Of a DNA stretch of 64,000 nucleotides, positions 26,815-39,885 are shown in pieces (within the stretch, counting starts at the first letter, position 1; each line of letters begins with the position of its first letter). This DNA comes from Harriotta raleighana. Lineage: Eukaryota. The notes beneath the pieces were generated by a model. It did not search any database. It saw only the letters and a list, made by a program, of their open reading frames with translations, and had not been told where the DNA came from. The stretch is taken from positions 8,912,028 through 8,976,027 of the forward strand of contig JBNZDD010013729.1 of NCBI GenBank assembly GCA_050575255.1, in the 5' to 3' direction. The position numbers and the translations under genes are program-made.

Positions 26815-27169
26815 NNNNNNNNNNNNNNNNNNNNNNNNNNNNNNNNNNNNNNNNNNNNNNNNNNNNNNNNNNNNNNNNNNNNNNNNNNNNNNNNNNNNNN
26901 NNNNNNNNNNNNNNNNNNNNNNNNNNNNNNNNNNNNNNNNNNNNNNNNNNNNNNNNNNNNNNNNNNNNNNNNNNNNNNNNNNNNNNNNNNNNNNNNNNNN
27001 NNNNNNNNNNNNNNNNNNNNNNNNNNNNNNNNNNNNNNNNNNNNNNNNNNNNNNNNNNNNNNNNNNNNNNNNNNNNNNNNNNNNNNNNNNNNNNNNNNNN
27101 NNNNNNNNNNNNNNNNNNNNNNNNNNNNNNNNNNNNNNNNNNNNNNNNNNNNNNNNNNNNNNNNNNNNN
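26815..27169. other. Assembly gap (355 N), probably hiding MASP1/3 exon 5 (first half of CUB2)
   Basis: Exon 4 ends in phase 1 and exon 6 starts in phase 0; no CUB2 N-half is readable in the flanks; a pyrimidine tract precedes the gap. Confidence 0.75.
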
Positions 27170-27599
27170 TCCCCCCTTTTCCTCCCTGGTTTCCCCCTTG
27201 CCCCCCTTTCTCCTCCCTGATTTTACCCCACCCCGCCTTTCCCTCTATCTCCCCCCTTACCCTCTTTTTCCCCTTTCTCCCCCGGCCCCACTTCCAAGAT
27301 TGTTTGTGGGTNTGCCCAAGCATTGGACTCTTAAGTTGAAAACAAACATTAGCTACCTTTTGAAATTTTCTGTCGTTTTCATTTGTGCCCAATTTCATTT
27401 GTGACTAGTGTTTGGGGGCAGGTTGTTTGGCTGTTAGTTTCTAGGGGATGAACAGGAGTATTTCACTGACCTTCTGTTTATAATAATGGTTGCATTAATA
27501 TTGTAGGAAATGTTATGCACTAATCTCTTTTAATGCTTGTTTAATGCTCACCCCCATCTTGAAAAAACCTTCCCTAAACCCATCCCTACTCTCCAGTTA

Positions 27600-28386
27600 C
27601 CACATATCAGGCACTGGCAGCACTGGCAGTATCCATGGTTGCACACTCCACCTCACCAACCCAGTCAAGAACCTAAGGTGTCTTGTTTGATCCTCAACTA
27701 TCTTTTCTCCCCCACATCTAAGCCATGAAACTCTTTGCCTTTCCTGAAAGCTCTGCTGCTGAAACTCTCATTTATGCTTTCATCACATCTAGGCTCGACT
27801 ATGCCAACACCTTGTTTTTCGGCCTTTCCACCTCCTCCCTTCATAAGCTGCAGATCATCTAGAACTCTGCAGCCCACGTCTTTTACCACACCAAGCTCCG
27901 TGACCCCATCTCCCCCTTTTTCACAACTCCATTGGCTTCATTGTTTCCCCATCATTCAACGGATTCAATTCAAGATCCTGTTCCTCATCATAAAAGCCCT
28001 CCAGGGCCTTGCCCCACCCTACCTCCACGACCTCCTAACCCTCTACCAACCTGTCTGCTCCCTCTGCGCAGCAGGCTCTGGCCTGCTCTATGATCCCTGA
28101 TCCACCCGCCCCACCGTCAGTGGTCGAGCCTTCAGCCACTGCCTCAACCTCTGGAATTCCATCCTGCAATCCCTCCGGCTCGCCCCTTCCCTTGCCTACC
28201 TTCAAGTCCTACCTCAAGTCCCTCCTCTTTAATGGTGCCATTTGTCACACCACCTCTCCACTTCCTTCCCTCCACCCTCCCCAATCCAGACGGCAGCTGG
28301 ATTCTGAAGCACTGACTGGACAGCGCCCTGGGATGTCCTCCCAACATGAAAGACGCTTTACAAATATAATTTTATTGTTGTTGTTG
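27600..28386 (+). mobile_element. L2-type LINE 3' portion ending at the exon 6 acceptor
   Basis: QLHWL..IIQRIQFKIL motif; family tail ...ctttacaaatataattttattgttgttgttg then cag. Confidence 0.88.
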
Positions 28387-28389
28387 CAG

Positions 28390-28537
28390 ATCAAAGCTGG
28401 GAAAAAAGAGTTTGGTCCATTTTGTGGAGAAAAGAGCCCTGGACTGATTGAGACTGGAACCAACAGTGTGCAGATCCTGTTCCATAGCGATGACTCAGGA
28501 GAAAACAATGGCTGGACTTTCTCCTACACATCCTTGG
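28390..28537 (+). CDS. MASP1: MASP1/3 exon 6: second half of CUB2
   Basis: ttgcag|ATC...TTGG|gtgag; IKAGKKEFGPFCGEKSPGLIETGTNSVQILFHSDDSGENNGWTFSYTSL. Confidence 0.95.
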
Positions 28538-31094
28538 GTGAGCTGCTCGCTCTTAAGAATGGCTCAGAGTGTTTCTGTGACAAATCTTTCTTCTGGTTTA
28601 GCCTCTATCATATCATGAGGTTGTTCTTGTACTGATTACTTTGAGCTTAGTCCATGAAGCAAACAGCATTCCTTCCCACACTGGGAACTTCATCACCCCT
28701 ATTCTTGCCTAGCTCCACTCGCTCCCTATATCCTTCAGATCGACGTTCAAATATTGCCTACAATACCTCTGTGACTCTACTCCCTTGGCCACACCTTGCA
28801 GCAACTCGGCACTGCTTCATGTCCTCTGACAGCTCTACTCTCAGTGAATGAGCCTTCAACCACTTTTCTCCTAGCCCCAGTTGTCTGCCTGGCTCAGTCA
28901 GTTGCACTGTCACCTCTGAGTCAAATGGCTCAGATTCAAGTCCCATGACGAGAATTTGTCACAGTCTAGGCTGTTGCTCCGCTGCTGTGCTGGATGCTCA
29001 CTCTGCAGAGGTAGTGCAGAACCTTGGGTGTCTTGTTTAACTCCCAACCAACCAGGCTATCTTTGCCTATCCTCACCTGCAACATTGCCTGCCTCTACTC
29101 ATACCTCCCTCCAAACTACAAAGACTTTAATCCTTGCCAGCAACAAACCCAAGTACAAATGCTTAAAATTTTCTGCTTTCCACACTCCATAGCCTCTCCT
29201 TACACAAGATACAGACAACCTATTCCTCTCTTGCGTCAGATTTTGGAGCCCACCCCCATCCTGGCCAACAATCCCCCAAATGTGATGTTAACGACCCTTT
29301 TGAATTTGGAGATTGATGGCCAGGAATAGTGCCATGGGATCATCAATGTCTGCTTAAACAGGCAGACAAGATCTTGGTTTAATATCTCATCAGAAGGGCT
29401 GCAACTCTAACAAAAAAGCACGCTTGCAGCACAGTATTGGAGTATCAGTCTAGATTAAATGAGTTACAAGACCCAATATGGCTTAGACTCACAAGTCTGA
29501 CTAAAAGATGAGACTGCTACCAACTGAGACAGGCTAACGGTGCCTCATACAACTTTATACTGAGGATCCAGAGGCTCAATATCTGGTGTGAAACTGAGGA
29601 AATTGACATTGATTTGGGTGTATTATTACGGAGTTAGTGCTTCTCTGTTTTGCTGAATGTGAAATCTGACTCCCGAATAGGATCACTGACTGATTATAGG
29701 AAATATTATGAGACAGAGGGATGACTATTAGATGGCTCATAAAAGAGATCTAATGATCAATATATGGAACTGTTGGACATTATGTGACAGCGAAGCGTTA
29801 TCTGTGGTGCTGGACTTGCGGGTAGTTGGAGTGGGGATGATCTTGGTGATCCTGATCGCGTTTGAAATAAATTATTAATCTGTTATCATTATTAAGCGGA
29901 TTTTGTTATATCTGTTATTTACAATCCTCCTCTGGATTAATGCTAGTTACATCCAAAGAAAGTATTTAGAGAGTAGGGCCAATTGGAGGTGAAATTTACA
30001 AGGATATTTTCCTCAAATACTTGTAATATGCCCCCTTTCTTTATTAGGTTAACTAAATTGGGAGAGTCTAATTTATAATTGGTTTAGACTTAAAGGTGGT
30101 AATTCTAACTGCTGAGTTTCCAGTTGTTGCAGAGACAGGGTATGGAAGCTACTTACCAAGAGCAGCTATTTGTGTCTGTGTCTGACCTGCTCTACTGTGG
30201 CTTTCATTCCAATGTTGCTGATTTCTGCCCTTTGCCCCTAGATTCCTATCGATCTCAGGGACAGGATTCTGGGTTGAAGAATGTAAACCAGCAGTGTGAG
30301 TGCAGAAATAGCTTAATTGAACTTCGCTTTCAACATTTATAGTATTTCTGCAACTGACAGAATTAGGATGATTTAACAAAAATCTGTCTGGATTCTTCAA
30401 GGTGAGGGATATCTATGTGGAGAAAGGCAGCACATTAAAATATCCAGAGGAGTGATTGTCTGGTGGTAAAATATTGTAACTTCTTGATGCGAAGTACACC
30501 ATCAACACTGGCAAATGTACTTGGTGTATTGCCACAAGAGTGGGGAAGACACAGCCAATCAAAATCTCTTGTCTGTCATGTATAACTTGCCTTAACTCCC
30601 AGCCTCAGTTTAGTATCTCCCTACTGCAACAAACTAGAATATTGTACTTACCCACTGAACCATTTGGCCCTGCAAAATTAGTTTATAATAATAATCTTTG
30701 AAAAAATTAACAATCTTTATAGTTATCAGACCATTGAGGCATCTCAAAATGCTTTACAGGAGATACTGTAACGTGGATTGACTGTGTGTTTTGTGGGTGA
30801 AATGCAACAGCCAGTTTGGGCACAGCATTGTCCCCAAAACAGCCATGGAATGAGTGACTGATTTCATTTGGGCGATTGTTATCTGGGGAGAGAAACTCCC
30901 TTCTTTTAATACCGTGCCATGGGATCCATAACGTCCATCTGAACAGGCAGATTAGACCTCAGTTTAATGTCCCATCCGAAGGATAGCACTTTTGACAATA
31001 CAGCCCCCGCCAAAATTGCATTGGATTATCAGTTTAGACAAGTGTGGGCCTCCAGCAGACTGTTGCGAACTTTTCTGCAGCCCGTGACCATTTC

Positions 31095-31380
31095 CTGCCC
31101 CTGTTCTATCCTCCCTCTCCCCCCTCTCTTTATCCATGTCTCCCCACCTTTTCCCTCTCACTCTTCCCCTCCCCTCTCTCTCCCGCTCTTTCTCCACTCC
31201 TTCCCCCTTTCTGACCCCCTCCTCTTTCTCCCCCCTCCACTTTCTTGCCCCTCCTCTCTCATCCCCCTCCTCTGTTGCACCCTCTCCTCTCTCACCCCTT
31301 CCTTTCTCCTTCCATTCTCTCTTCTCTTCCCACCACCCTGCACCACCAACTGTTTCACCCATTTTCCTCTCCCAACCTCC
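31095..31380 (+). repeat. Polypyrimidine (C/T) low-complexity tract
   Basis: Almost pure C/T over about 280 bp. Confidence 0.85.
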
Positions 31381-31384
31381 TAGG

Positions 31385-32130
31385 TTACTGAGTGAAGTAA
31401 GGGTGCAAATAACAAAGGCTCTGACCACAATCTTTCAATCCTCCTTGGACACCGGGATGGTATCAGAGGACTGGAGGGTTGCAAATGTTACTCCCCTGTA
31501 CAAAAAGGGACAGAAGGGTAAACTGGGGAACTAAGGCCAGGCAGCCTAATGTCAGTAGTAGAGAAATTTCTAGAGATTATAATCCAGGACCGAATAAATA
31601 TTCACTTTGAAAAATATGTGTTAATAAGGGAGCCAACACTTATTTGTTAAAAGCAGAGCATGTCTAATGAACCTGATAAGAGTTTTTTGATGATGTAATG
31701 GAGAGGGTGGATGTAGGTAGTACAGTTGATGTAGTTTATATAGATTTTCACAAAGTATTTGATAAAGGGCCTTCTAAGCGTCTTGTAAGCAAAATAGAAG
31801 CCGATGGTATTAAAGGGACATTGGCTGCCTGGGTACAGAACTGGTTGTAAGACAGAAAGTTTAATGTGGAGAAATGCGAGGTATTGCATTTTGGGAGGAA
31901 GAATGAGGGGAGGCAATTTAGGCTGATAGTAAAATCTCAAAGGGGATGAAACAACAGAGACCTGGGGGTTCATGAAAATAAATCTTTGAAGGTGGCAAGA
32001 CAGATAGATAAGGCTAATAAAAGGCCTTAATATACAGATTAATCATAACTTCCTGAATTTGGTACTCAATGCCCCAATTTATAAAGCCTAGTATCCCATA
32101 TGCTTTTTTTAACAGCCTTATCTACCCACT
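31385..32130 (+). mobile_element. CR1 RT fragments
   Basis: IFQSSLDTGMVSEDWRVANVTPLYKKG; gatgtagtttatatagattttcacaaagtatttgataa. Confidence 0.85.
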
Positions 32131-33155
32131 CCTGTCTCCTCTTCTCTCTCATGCACCCATCCCGTACCCCCATTTCTCTGCCACCCTGTCTCTCCCAATC
32201 TCTCTCTCATTTCTATAACAATCATCTGTTTAAAGACCAATTGCAACAGTAGGGTAACACAATACAAGACAATGCAAAATTATATTTGGGAGTAAGTCTT
32301 TAAACACTGAACAGTCAGGTATTAGGGATTAGGACCAGAACGCAGTGGGGGTTGGATCAGAGAGGGTGGAGGGCAGAGAGAGACGGAGGATGGCTTTGAT
32401 GCAAATGGAATGTGGGGGGACGTTCCAGAGGGTGGGGTCAAAGGAGGCTGAAGGCCTGAGCACTGATGGACATCGAGCAGGCCAGTGTTGTATATTTGCT
32501 TCAACGACATAAGTGGCAATTGATTATGGATGGTGCAAGTATTAAAGAATTCTGGGAAGACTGACTTGCAGATTTGAAAGAGTGTGAAAGATGTTGATTT
32601 GAAAGAAATTCATGTGTAAAGTTTGCATTAAAGCAGTGAGTAAATCTACATTGCGTTTTGTGGATTAAATAACATTACAGCTATCGAAGGGACCGGACAG
32701 GTTGATCAGGGGTTAGCAAGAGGAGAGGTCAAGGCTGTGGGGGGTCTTGAAGGTGAGGATGACGATTTTAAACTTGATTCTCTGAGGGATGTCATTGGAG
32801 TGTGGGTATGATGGGATCACTGAGTCTGTTTCAGGAGAGGACACAAGCCTCAGAGTTCTGGATGACCTGCAGCTTGTAAAAGAAAGGGTTGGGAAAAGTT
32901 AATAGATGTTGTACAGAGGTGGTCATGTGCGAAGTAGCTGTACGCTGAGTAGCAATATTGTCACAATGTGCAGAAAAGCACTGCATCCAGCACAGTCTCC
33001 TGTCACACGTTGTTAATGAGCGTGAACATCAGTATTAAAGCATCTCTGGAAAAAAAACTTTTTCCAGAAAGGTTTGTTGATTTGTTCAACGATTATTAAA
33101 AGCTTTGATTTTATTCTGATAGAATTCTCTTTAATATATCGTTGTGCTTCTACAG

Positions 33156-33274
33156 GGACTGCTTGCCCACTGCCAATCCCTCCAGATAATGGGAAAATCG
33201 AACCAGTTCTTGAACAATATTCATTTAAAGATCAAGTCCAGATAAGATGCAACACTGGATATAAATTTGTGAAG
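33156..33274 (+). CDS. MASP1: MASP1/3 exon 7: first part of CCP1
   Basis: ctacag|GG...GTGAAG|gtatt; GTACPLPIPPDNGKIEPVLEQYSFKDQVQIRCNTGYKFVK. Confidence 0.95.
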
Positions 33275-33427
33275 GTATTATAACTAAACTCCTCTAACAT
33301 AATCCATTTCTTGGTATAAAATTACACAATTTATTGATCTATGGAGGTGCAGTAGAGCTGTATGATTATTATATGTATTTTAAGCCCTGTTGTGTATTTT
33401 GGCTCCAAATAGAATGAATGCATATTT

Positions 33428-33730
33428 GGAGTTCTGTACCTCAGTGGTTAGAGTACTCGCCTGCCGAGTTAGAGACCTGGGTTTAATTCCAGGCAGGGCG
33501 AAACCTTGGGCAAGTTTCCTTATTCCACATGCCTGATAATAATCCCACCCCCCAAATAAAAATGGCCAATTCAATACCTGACTGTTTGTGGGACACTGCT
33601 GTGCACAATTGTATGCCACATTTCACCCACATTACAGTCAATTCACTTTATAATATTCTGCGAAGCGATTTGAGATGTTTAGAAGATGTGAAAAGCACTG
33701 TAACAAATGCAAGAATTATTATTATTAATA
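33428..33730 (+). mobile_element. Full-length tRNA-derived SINE
   Basis: ggagttctgtacctcagtggttagagtactcg...(ATT)n. Confidence 0.88.
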
Positions 33731-34022
33731 TTGCAAGCCAAGCTCTACTAATGTAATTTTATTAACTCCTACATTCATTCATGTAGGTTTTGTTACAATT
33801 ATTTTCATTCAAATTCTTTAGTTTTTCTCATATTTCTGCTTTTTCTCAAAATGAATCAAACTGTGGAGTGTAGAGTTTTATGTTTTAATCCAGTCACATT
33901 CTTTAATCCAGACTTTTAATCCCATCACATTTATATGACTGAATTGCTGATGGTGTCTTGAACAGTTATTGACAGTAATTTGCTGTGTTCACATTGTACC
34001 AGCTGATGGCTCTATTTTACAG

Positions 34023-34101
34023 GATGGAGATGAGGTGGAGGCTTATCAGATCGAATGTCAGAAAAGTGGAATATGGAGCAGCAGCATTCCAACTTGTAAA
34101 A
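34023..34101 (+). CDS. MASP1: MASP1/3 exon 8: second part of CCP1
   Basis: ttacag|GAT...AAAA|gtaagt; DGDEVEAYQIECQKSGIWSSSIPTCK. Confidence 0.94.
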
Positions 34102-34659
34102 GTAAGTGAGGCAATGCGGCAACAAATTACTCGTGTTACTCATTTCAGTGAGAATACACAAGCAAGAGTTGAAATACTTCACAACACACTCAGGAAACCT
34201 TTATGTGGGGTGGAGGTGGGGAAACCACATCTGATTGCAAGGAGAAGTGTAACGGGGTGGGTGCTAATAGACTCTGATTCAGAAGTTGCCTGATGCTGGA
34301 CTGTGAATTGAGGATTAAATTGCAAATAAAATTATTTGAACAACTTTGCAAACTTGTAGTCAGTCAGACTGGAGAAGCGATGCCAGGCTGGGGTGGATGC
34401 TCTTCACAATATGGAGAGAATTAAACGAACGACAGTTATGATTAGAGAGACTCGAGCAGGGAGTCCAGCAGAATGTACCTGACATACCTGAATGGGGACA
34501 CAACAGAGTGGGAATTCTGTGCAGGAATTTGGTGTGAGTGGAAATTCTTTAGAGATTCTAGAGAGCAAGAGAGAACTCTTTTATTCTGTAGAAGAATGGG
34601 ATATCTTTCTCGAGGAAGAGACAATCTTTTATGTAAGCAGGCAAAGGAGTCAAATAGTG

Positions 34660-34790
34660 ATAACACGCAAAACACTGCAGATGTTGGAAATCCAAAACAA
34701 AAATTGTTGGGAACACTCGGCAAGTCATGCAGCATCTACGAAGAAAGTAAAGTGGGTCCATGTTTTGGATCCATGACTCTTTGTCAAAGT
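34660..34790 (-). mobile_element. Penelope-like element remnant (second copy)
   Basis: Similar to 465-570 (ctgcagatgttggaaat...actcggcaagtcatgcagcatct...gactctttgtca). Confidence 0.5.
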
Positions 34791-36667
34791 CAAAGTCAAA
34801 TTGGCACGTATTGGGATTAGTAAATTTGCTGGCCAGTTAAAACTAGATGTGTCTGAAGCCTAAGTAGTATACAGGGGAAGACTTGTGAGAGTCCCACTCA
34901 CTCGCTGAGAGAACATATCTGATGGACGATGAAACCGAGCTGGAATTCTGTGCAAGGAGAGTGGAAATTGGGTGCAGAGACAAGAGATGTATAATTATAA
35001 AATGCATATTATTTGTATTAAACTAATATAAAACATATAAAATGTGTCAGGCCAGCTGTGACTGGTTGCCTGCACAGTGTGTGCCATTTGGAAACTCTGG
35101 GGTGCTTTGCGTGTGTCCTGGACAAATGTTAGCAGTTTCTGGCTGCTCAAGTTTGAACTCAGGGTTATGAGCTCAAGGAGAGGCTGGGGTCATTGCACAA
35201 TATATGGGAGGCTGAAAAGTTAATGGATTAAATGTTTCAGGAGGTGGTCACCCTACAGCCAGAAGGAAAGTGAACAATGACCACCAGGCAAAGTGCAGAC
35301 ATCCCCTGCGAGTGTGGCACTCACAAACCAATTCTCTGCATTGAATACTGTTGAGGGTAATGACACCGGTGGAGAGGAGTTGAAAGCAAATGGAATGCAC
35401 AGGGGGACACAGGAAAGAGTATGAATAAAATTGTCATTGGGAACACAACAGTAAAGGGAATAGATAAGTGTTACCACAATCAAAGATGTGGCTCCAGCTT
35501 GGGGTAAATTTCCACATGTATGTGGATGATACCCAACTCTACCTTTCTGCTTCCACCCTCAACTCCAGGACTGATTGCCTGTCCTGATTGCCTGTCTGAC
35601 ATTGAGTCCTGGATGAGAGATAACTTTCTCCAGTGGAATGTCTGGAGGACTGACACCCTCCTAATTGACTCACGTCAACAGATCCGCACCTCAGGCGCTG
35701 ACAGCATCAGCATTCAAGGCTGCACTTTCCACCTCTAAGGAACCTGGGCATCTTGTTCGACCCTGAACTTCCTTCCTCCCCCACATCTGCGCCATGACCA
35801 GTAGTGCCTTCCACCACCTTCGCAACATCGCCAGACTCCGCGGTAGATCTCTAGATCAGCAGAAAGATTGGCAAATCTTGCTGTGTACTTTAATGTTGAA
35901 TGTTTTTGAAACTGTCAATGAGGGTATTGGGGGGGTTACAAAGGGGAGGGACCAGGCAGCTGGTGATATTTATTAACTAAGGATCAATTGGTCTACCCTG
36001 GAGTCCCTTCATGTAAAAGTGCACATTGCACCATCCTCTGATGCTGGTTTTTAAAAAAAGTTCCTATTCATAGACATGACTACATATGACTACAGACAGG
36101 AGACAGAATTTGAGCTATTATTTAATTCAAGTTTAACATGAAAATCAACAGGTGGTATGATACTGAACCACGAGAAATCTGATTCAGGTTTGACCCTGGT
36201 TTTTGCTTACTTCCCTGATGGTTACCTGAGATATAAGTGAAAGCATTACCATTCACTTCAGTGTCACTAGGCTTAGGAGAGAAAACTCAGCTGTGGAACA
36301 TTATCGAGTGCTACTGTATGTGTATGTGTGTGTGTGGTGAATGTTCTTGTTTTGTGGGGGTGCATTTGGTGATGGTTATGGATAGATTGTGGTCACCTCT
36401 GATGCTTGCTACAGTTGGGGCCAGCTGCCAGCATTATCTTGGCTAGTATATGAAGTATAGCTGCTCAGGCAAGGTGCTGTCACCTATGGAAACAAATGCC
36501 AAGCAAGTCACCCAAAGACATGGAGGGCATACATTGTTCCATCTCTACTTATCTTGTTTTACTTTTGACTGTCTTACAAACTTACCACTTTCTGAACTTT
36601 GTACAAGTATTTGTGCAATTCATTTTCTGCCTCTCTGCTTTCTGTCCTTTCATTTTCACTGACTCAG

Positions 36668-36687
36668 AGAAGGGGGCCAGGAACTGA
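36668..36687 (+). CDS. Candidate MAp44 (MAP-1)-type alternative terminal exon, coding part (K-K-G-A-R-N-stop)
   Basis: Long pyrimidine tract, branch-like CACTGAC and cag at 36620-36667 in the CCP1-CCP2 intron; the phase-1 join gives an early TGA; ATTAAA at 36835. Confidence 0.45.
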
Positions 36688-39483
36688 CGATTACCCCGAC
36701 TGTTGACGAAGCAAAGATTGCTGACCACCAGCTGACAGAAGAAAGAAACCCGGAGCCACTTGTCAGAACAAACAAACCTTTCAACAATTCAGCAATGCGG
36801 CAACATGTTCAGATGCTTATAGTAATGGCTTCTGATTAAAAATAGTCAAAACATTTATGAATTCAGTTTGAAAAGCATTCGCGATGACAGAAGGAATATG
36901 TGCCTTTCTCTGATCAACCAGTCAAAATGGGTTGAGATGGATGTGAAGTTATCTTTACAGCAAATCAGATAATTCTAGAATGGCTGAATTGTAGATACAA
37001 ACTGAAGCATCTCTCAAGGAATAGACATATCTATGAAGAATAATTGCAACAGATTTAGAATAACTAACATCGAAGTTAGGATCATTTTCTGTCTATGATC
37101 TATTGTTCAGTTTTGGGCACATCACTCCAGATAGAATAACACTAGGATGTGATATTAGATGTGTGAGAAGGCATTAAAACATTTAGACTGTTTTAGTGGA
37201 GCAGAGATTGGTTAAAGGGCTTCAATTGTTGTGTTTCCAGAAATCTTAGAATGTGAAATACTTGATCACAAATATTTGTTGGATCCGACTCCGTAACAGA
37301 ATTTAAAATGGAATTGGATAAATAACTAACGAATATTTAAGGATTTTGGAAAGGGTGTTGGATGGGATTAGAGAACTCAGCTCCAGTGACATAAGATGCA
37401 ACATCATTCTATTCAAATAGCTGGTGTTAGAAATCCCTCACAAAATCTGGACAGTTATAAGAAGCATGAATCATTGATATCTGCTTCTCTGTGTGACTGA
37501 AGTGCTGACTCAATACCATTTTCTCCAAAAATGCCAGTGTCTTCAGAGGTGGGAAGTAGATGGTTTTCTACACTATTTTGACCCTGACTACTATTCATAA
37601 AATGCTGCTGTAATTCTGTATTTTAAAAATTTCTTGCTTATTTGCTTTGCTCACAGTAAAATTACAGTCTGAAAATTAAACCATTTGAAGGATTTATGCT
37701 TATGGTGTGATCACTACTATATATACAGTAAACGCATAAATGTTATCATTATAAATCACATAATCTCCTAATTCTTACATGAATTTCTCTCCAATCATCC
37801 ATCTCTCCAATTCGCATATCTTCCTATGTTACTATCCATTGCCTTCCCTAGACTAACTCCGGCCTCCTCTTTGTGCTTGGATCCTCCTCCCTGCTATCAG
37901 CGGCCGAGCTTTCAGTCACTACAACCTGAAGCTGCGAAACTCTCCCTCAATCATTTCACTTTGTCCCCTCTGTCTCTCTCTCCATTTTCAGATCGCGCTT
38001 GAAGACCTTCCTCTTCGATTGTACCTATGGTCACTTTCCCCCTCCCCCTGGCTCCGAGATGCTGTCCGCATGTGAAGGGCGCTATATAAATGCAAGTTGT
38101 TGTACTATGTCCCATTCAGTTTCCTATCAAATCACTTAGATTTATTTGCCTTACTGGTATCATCTCCCATCTGTTAACAAAGCTACCCTCTCCTCCATTT
38201 CTCCTGCAATTATCAGTTGCATTGAACCTCAGGAAATTACTTCCTGACTCGTTGATGGAAGCGCACTTATTGGCTACAGTGTAGTGGCTACACTTACACA
38301 CGTGCAGTATGATTTGATTGAATCGGATTTTACCCTATTTATGCAAGTTTGCCTGCAGCTCGGACTTCTCGTAAGTCGTATTAAATATGGTCCCGACTGA
38401 TACGTGAGTTTTCCTGTACTAATGTCCCTGCATCAGCAGTTAACCCCTCACTCTGTTCCTTCAGGCAATGCTGGAGACCATTAATTGATTGAGTCACTTG
38501 TTTGTATCCCTTTGCTCATAAGTGGCCTGTGATGGGTGTAAGCAATTATTACAAGTCATCAGTAATGAATCTGATCAGGCTGTTTAGCTGGAAAGTGTTT
38601 TGTTAACTGTCCGATTACTTGTTTTACTTCTGTATGATTCCTGCACAATAGAGAAACTGATACCCTTTGTTGTGCCTCTCTATGGATTCAGTCTCATCCT
38701 ATTGAGTTTGGCTGACAGTATCTGCAGTTGCCTGAGCTCAGGGCTGGATACACAATGGTAGTTGTTTATTTCTCTGTCGATGTGCTTTATTTGTAGTGTT
38801 CATTGTGATGAAGGGAAGAATAAGGTAGTGGCATTACAGGAGCTTTATTACTGGCAGACAACCATCAGTGGCATTACATTGGTTTGTAAATTGTCAACAA
38901 AAATTGTTCGACATATTTACTGCTTGAGAATGATAATCATTAGTTATCCTGCAGTAAGTTAGTGCAGTCCATACATTAAAAAGGGAGATGAAATGGTTAC
39001 TGAAATGTTAGAAATTAACATCTTTTTATGAGACATCCAACCTCATTCATTATAAATCAGCTTATGTTACTCAACGGGCAACTAATTGGATTACAATACT
39101 ATGCAACTTGAAGCACTCACTCACAAGCAGTATTTCAGGCATTACATAACACCATTAGTGGAACTGTCTAACGGTACTGAAGGCAACTCAGGATTCCGAC
39201 TGCTGAACAGGACAAAGAGCGGCTCCTGGTATAATTCTGTTCAAGTAAATAAATGAAACAAGGTTTAGAGTTGTAAAGTATTTACATACTTTTTGCTATA
39301 AAAGGTTGACAATAAACATGACTGAAAGACAATTAGCTTCATGGTGTAAGAAAATATTAATGAAAATATTGTTTTAGGGCAATATGGCACTATTATTTTA
39401 GGGCAATATAGTTAAACAACTGCTATTAAATACAATTGTTTTCAGTACAAAACTAGGCCTTTATTGTATTCTTATTTGCTCAG

Positions 39484-39621
39484 TTGTAGACTGTGGGATT
39501 CCCAAGGTGCTTGAAGATGGATTTCCCAGATTCGAGACAAAAGACAATCTGACAACATTCGGATCTGCTGTGCAATATTGTTGCCAAGAAGTATTTTATG
39601 CAATGATTCCAGAGATGAACA
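39484..39621 (+). CDS. MASP1: MASP1/3 CCP2 exon, first part
   Basis: gctcag|TT...AACA|gtgagt; IVDCGIPKVLEDGFPRFETKDNLTTFGSAVQYCCQEVFYAMIPEMN. Confidence 0.94.
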
Positions 39622-39810
39622 GTGAGTGTCCCAATATTTATTTGGTATTGAACTTAATCTTAAGGCAGTAGAATTACAGCTTCTTTTCACAGGTAAAGAC
39701 TTTGTGGTTTAAATGTAATTATGTTTCTTATTGGTGAACCGTTCTAGCTTCTGATATTCAGAGTGGCTGAATGGTTCACCTTTCTCATGGCCATTTCTGT
39801 TTGTAACCAG

Positions 39811-39885
39811 GTACTTATGTCTGTATGGAGAATGGGGTTTGGGTCAATGATGAGCTTGGAACAAAACTTCCCAGATGTGAGCCAG
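39811..39885 (+). CDS. MASP1: MASP1/3 CCP2 exon, second part (last shared exon)
   Basis: aaccag|GT...CCAG|gtaac; STYVCMENGVWVNDELGTKLPRCEP. Confidence 0.94.

Noticed and set aside
26701-27404. ORFs of 200+ aa in the ORF track
   Set aside because: Artefacts of translating through the N-gap
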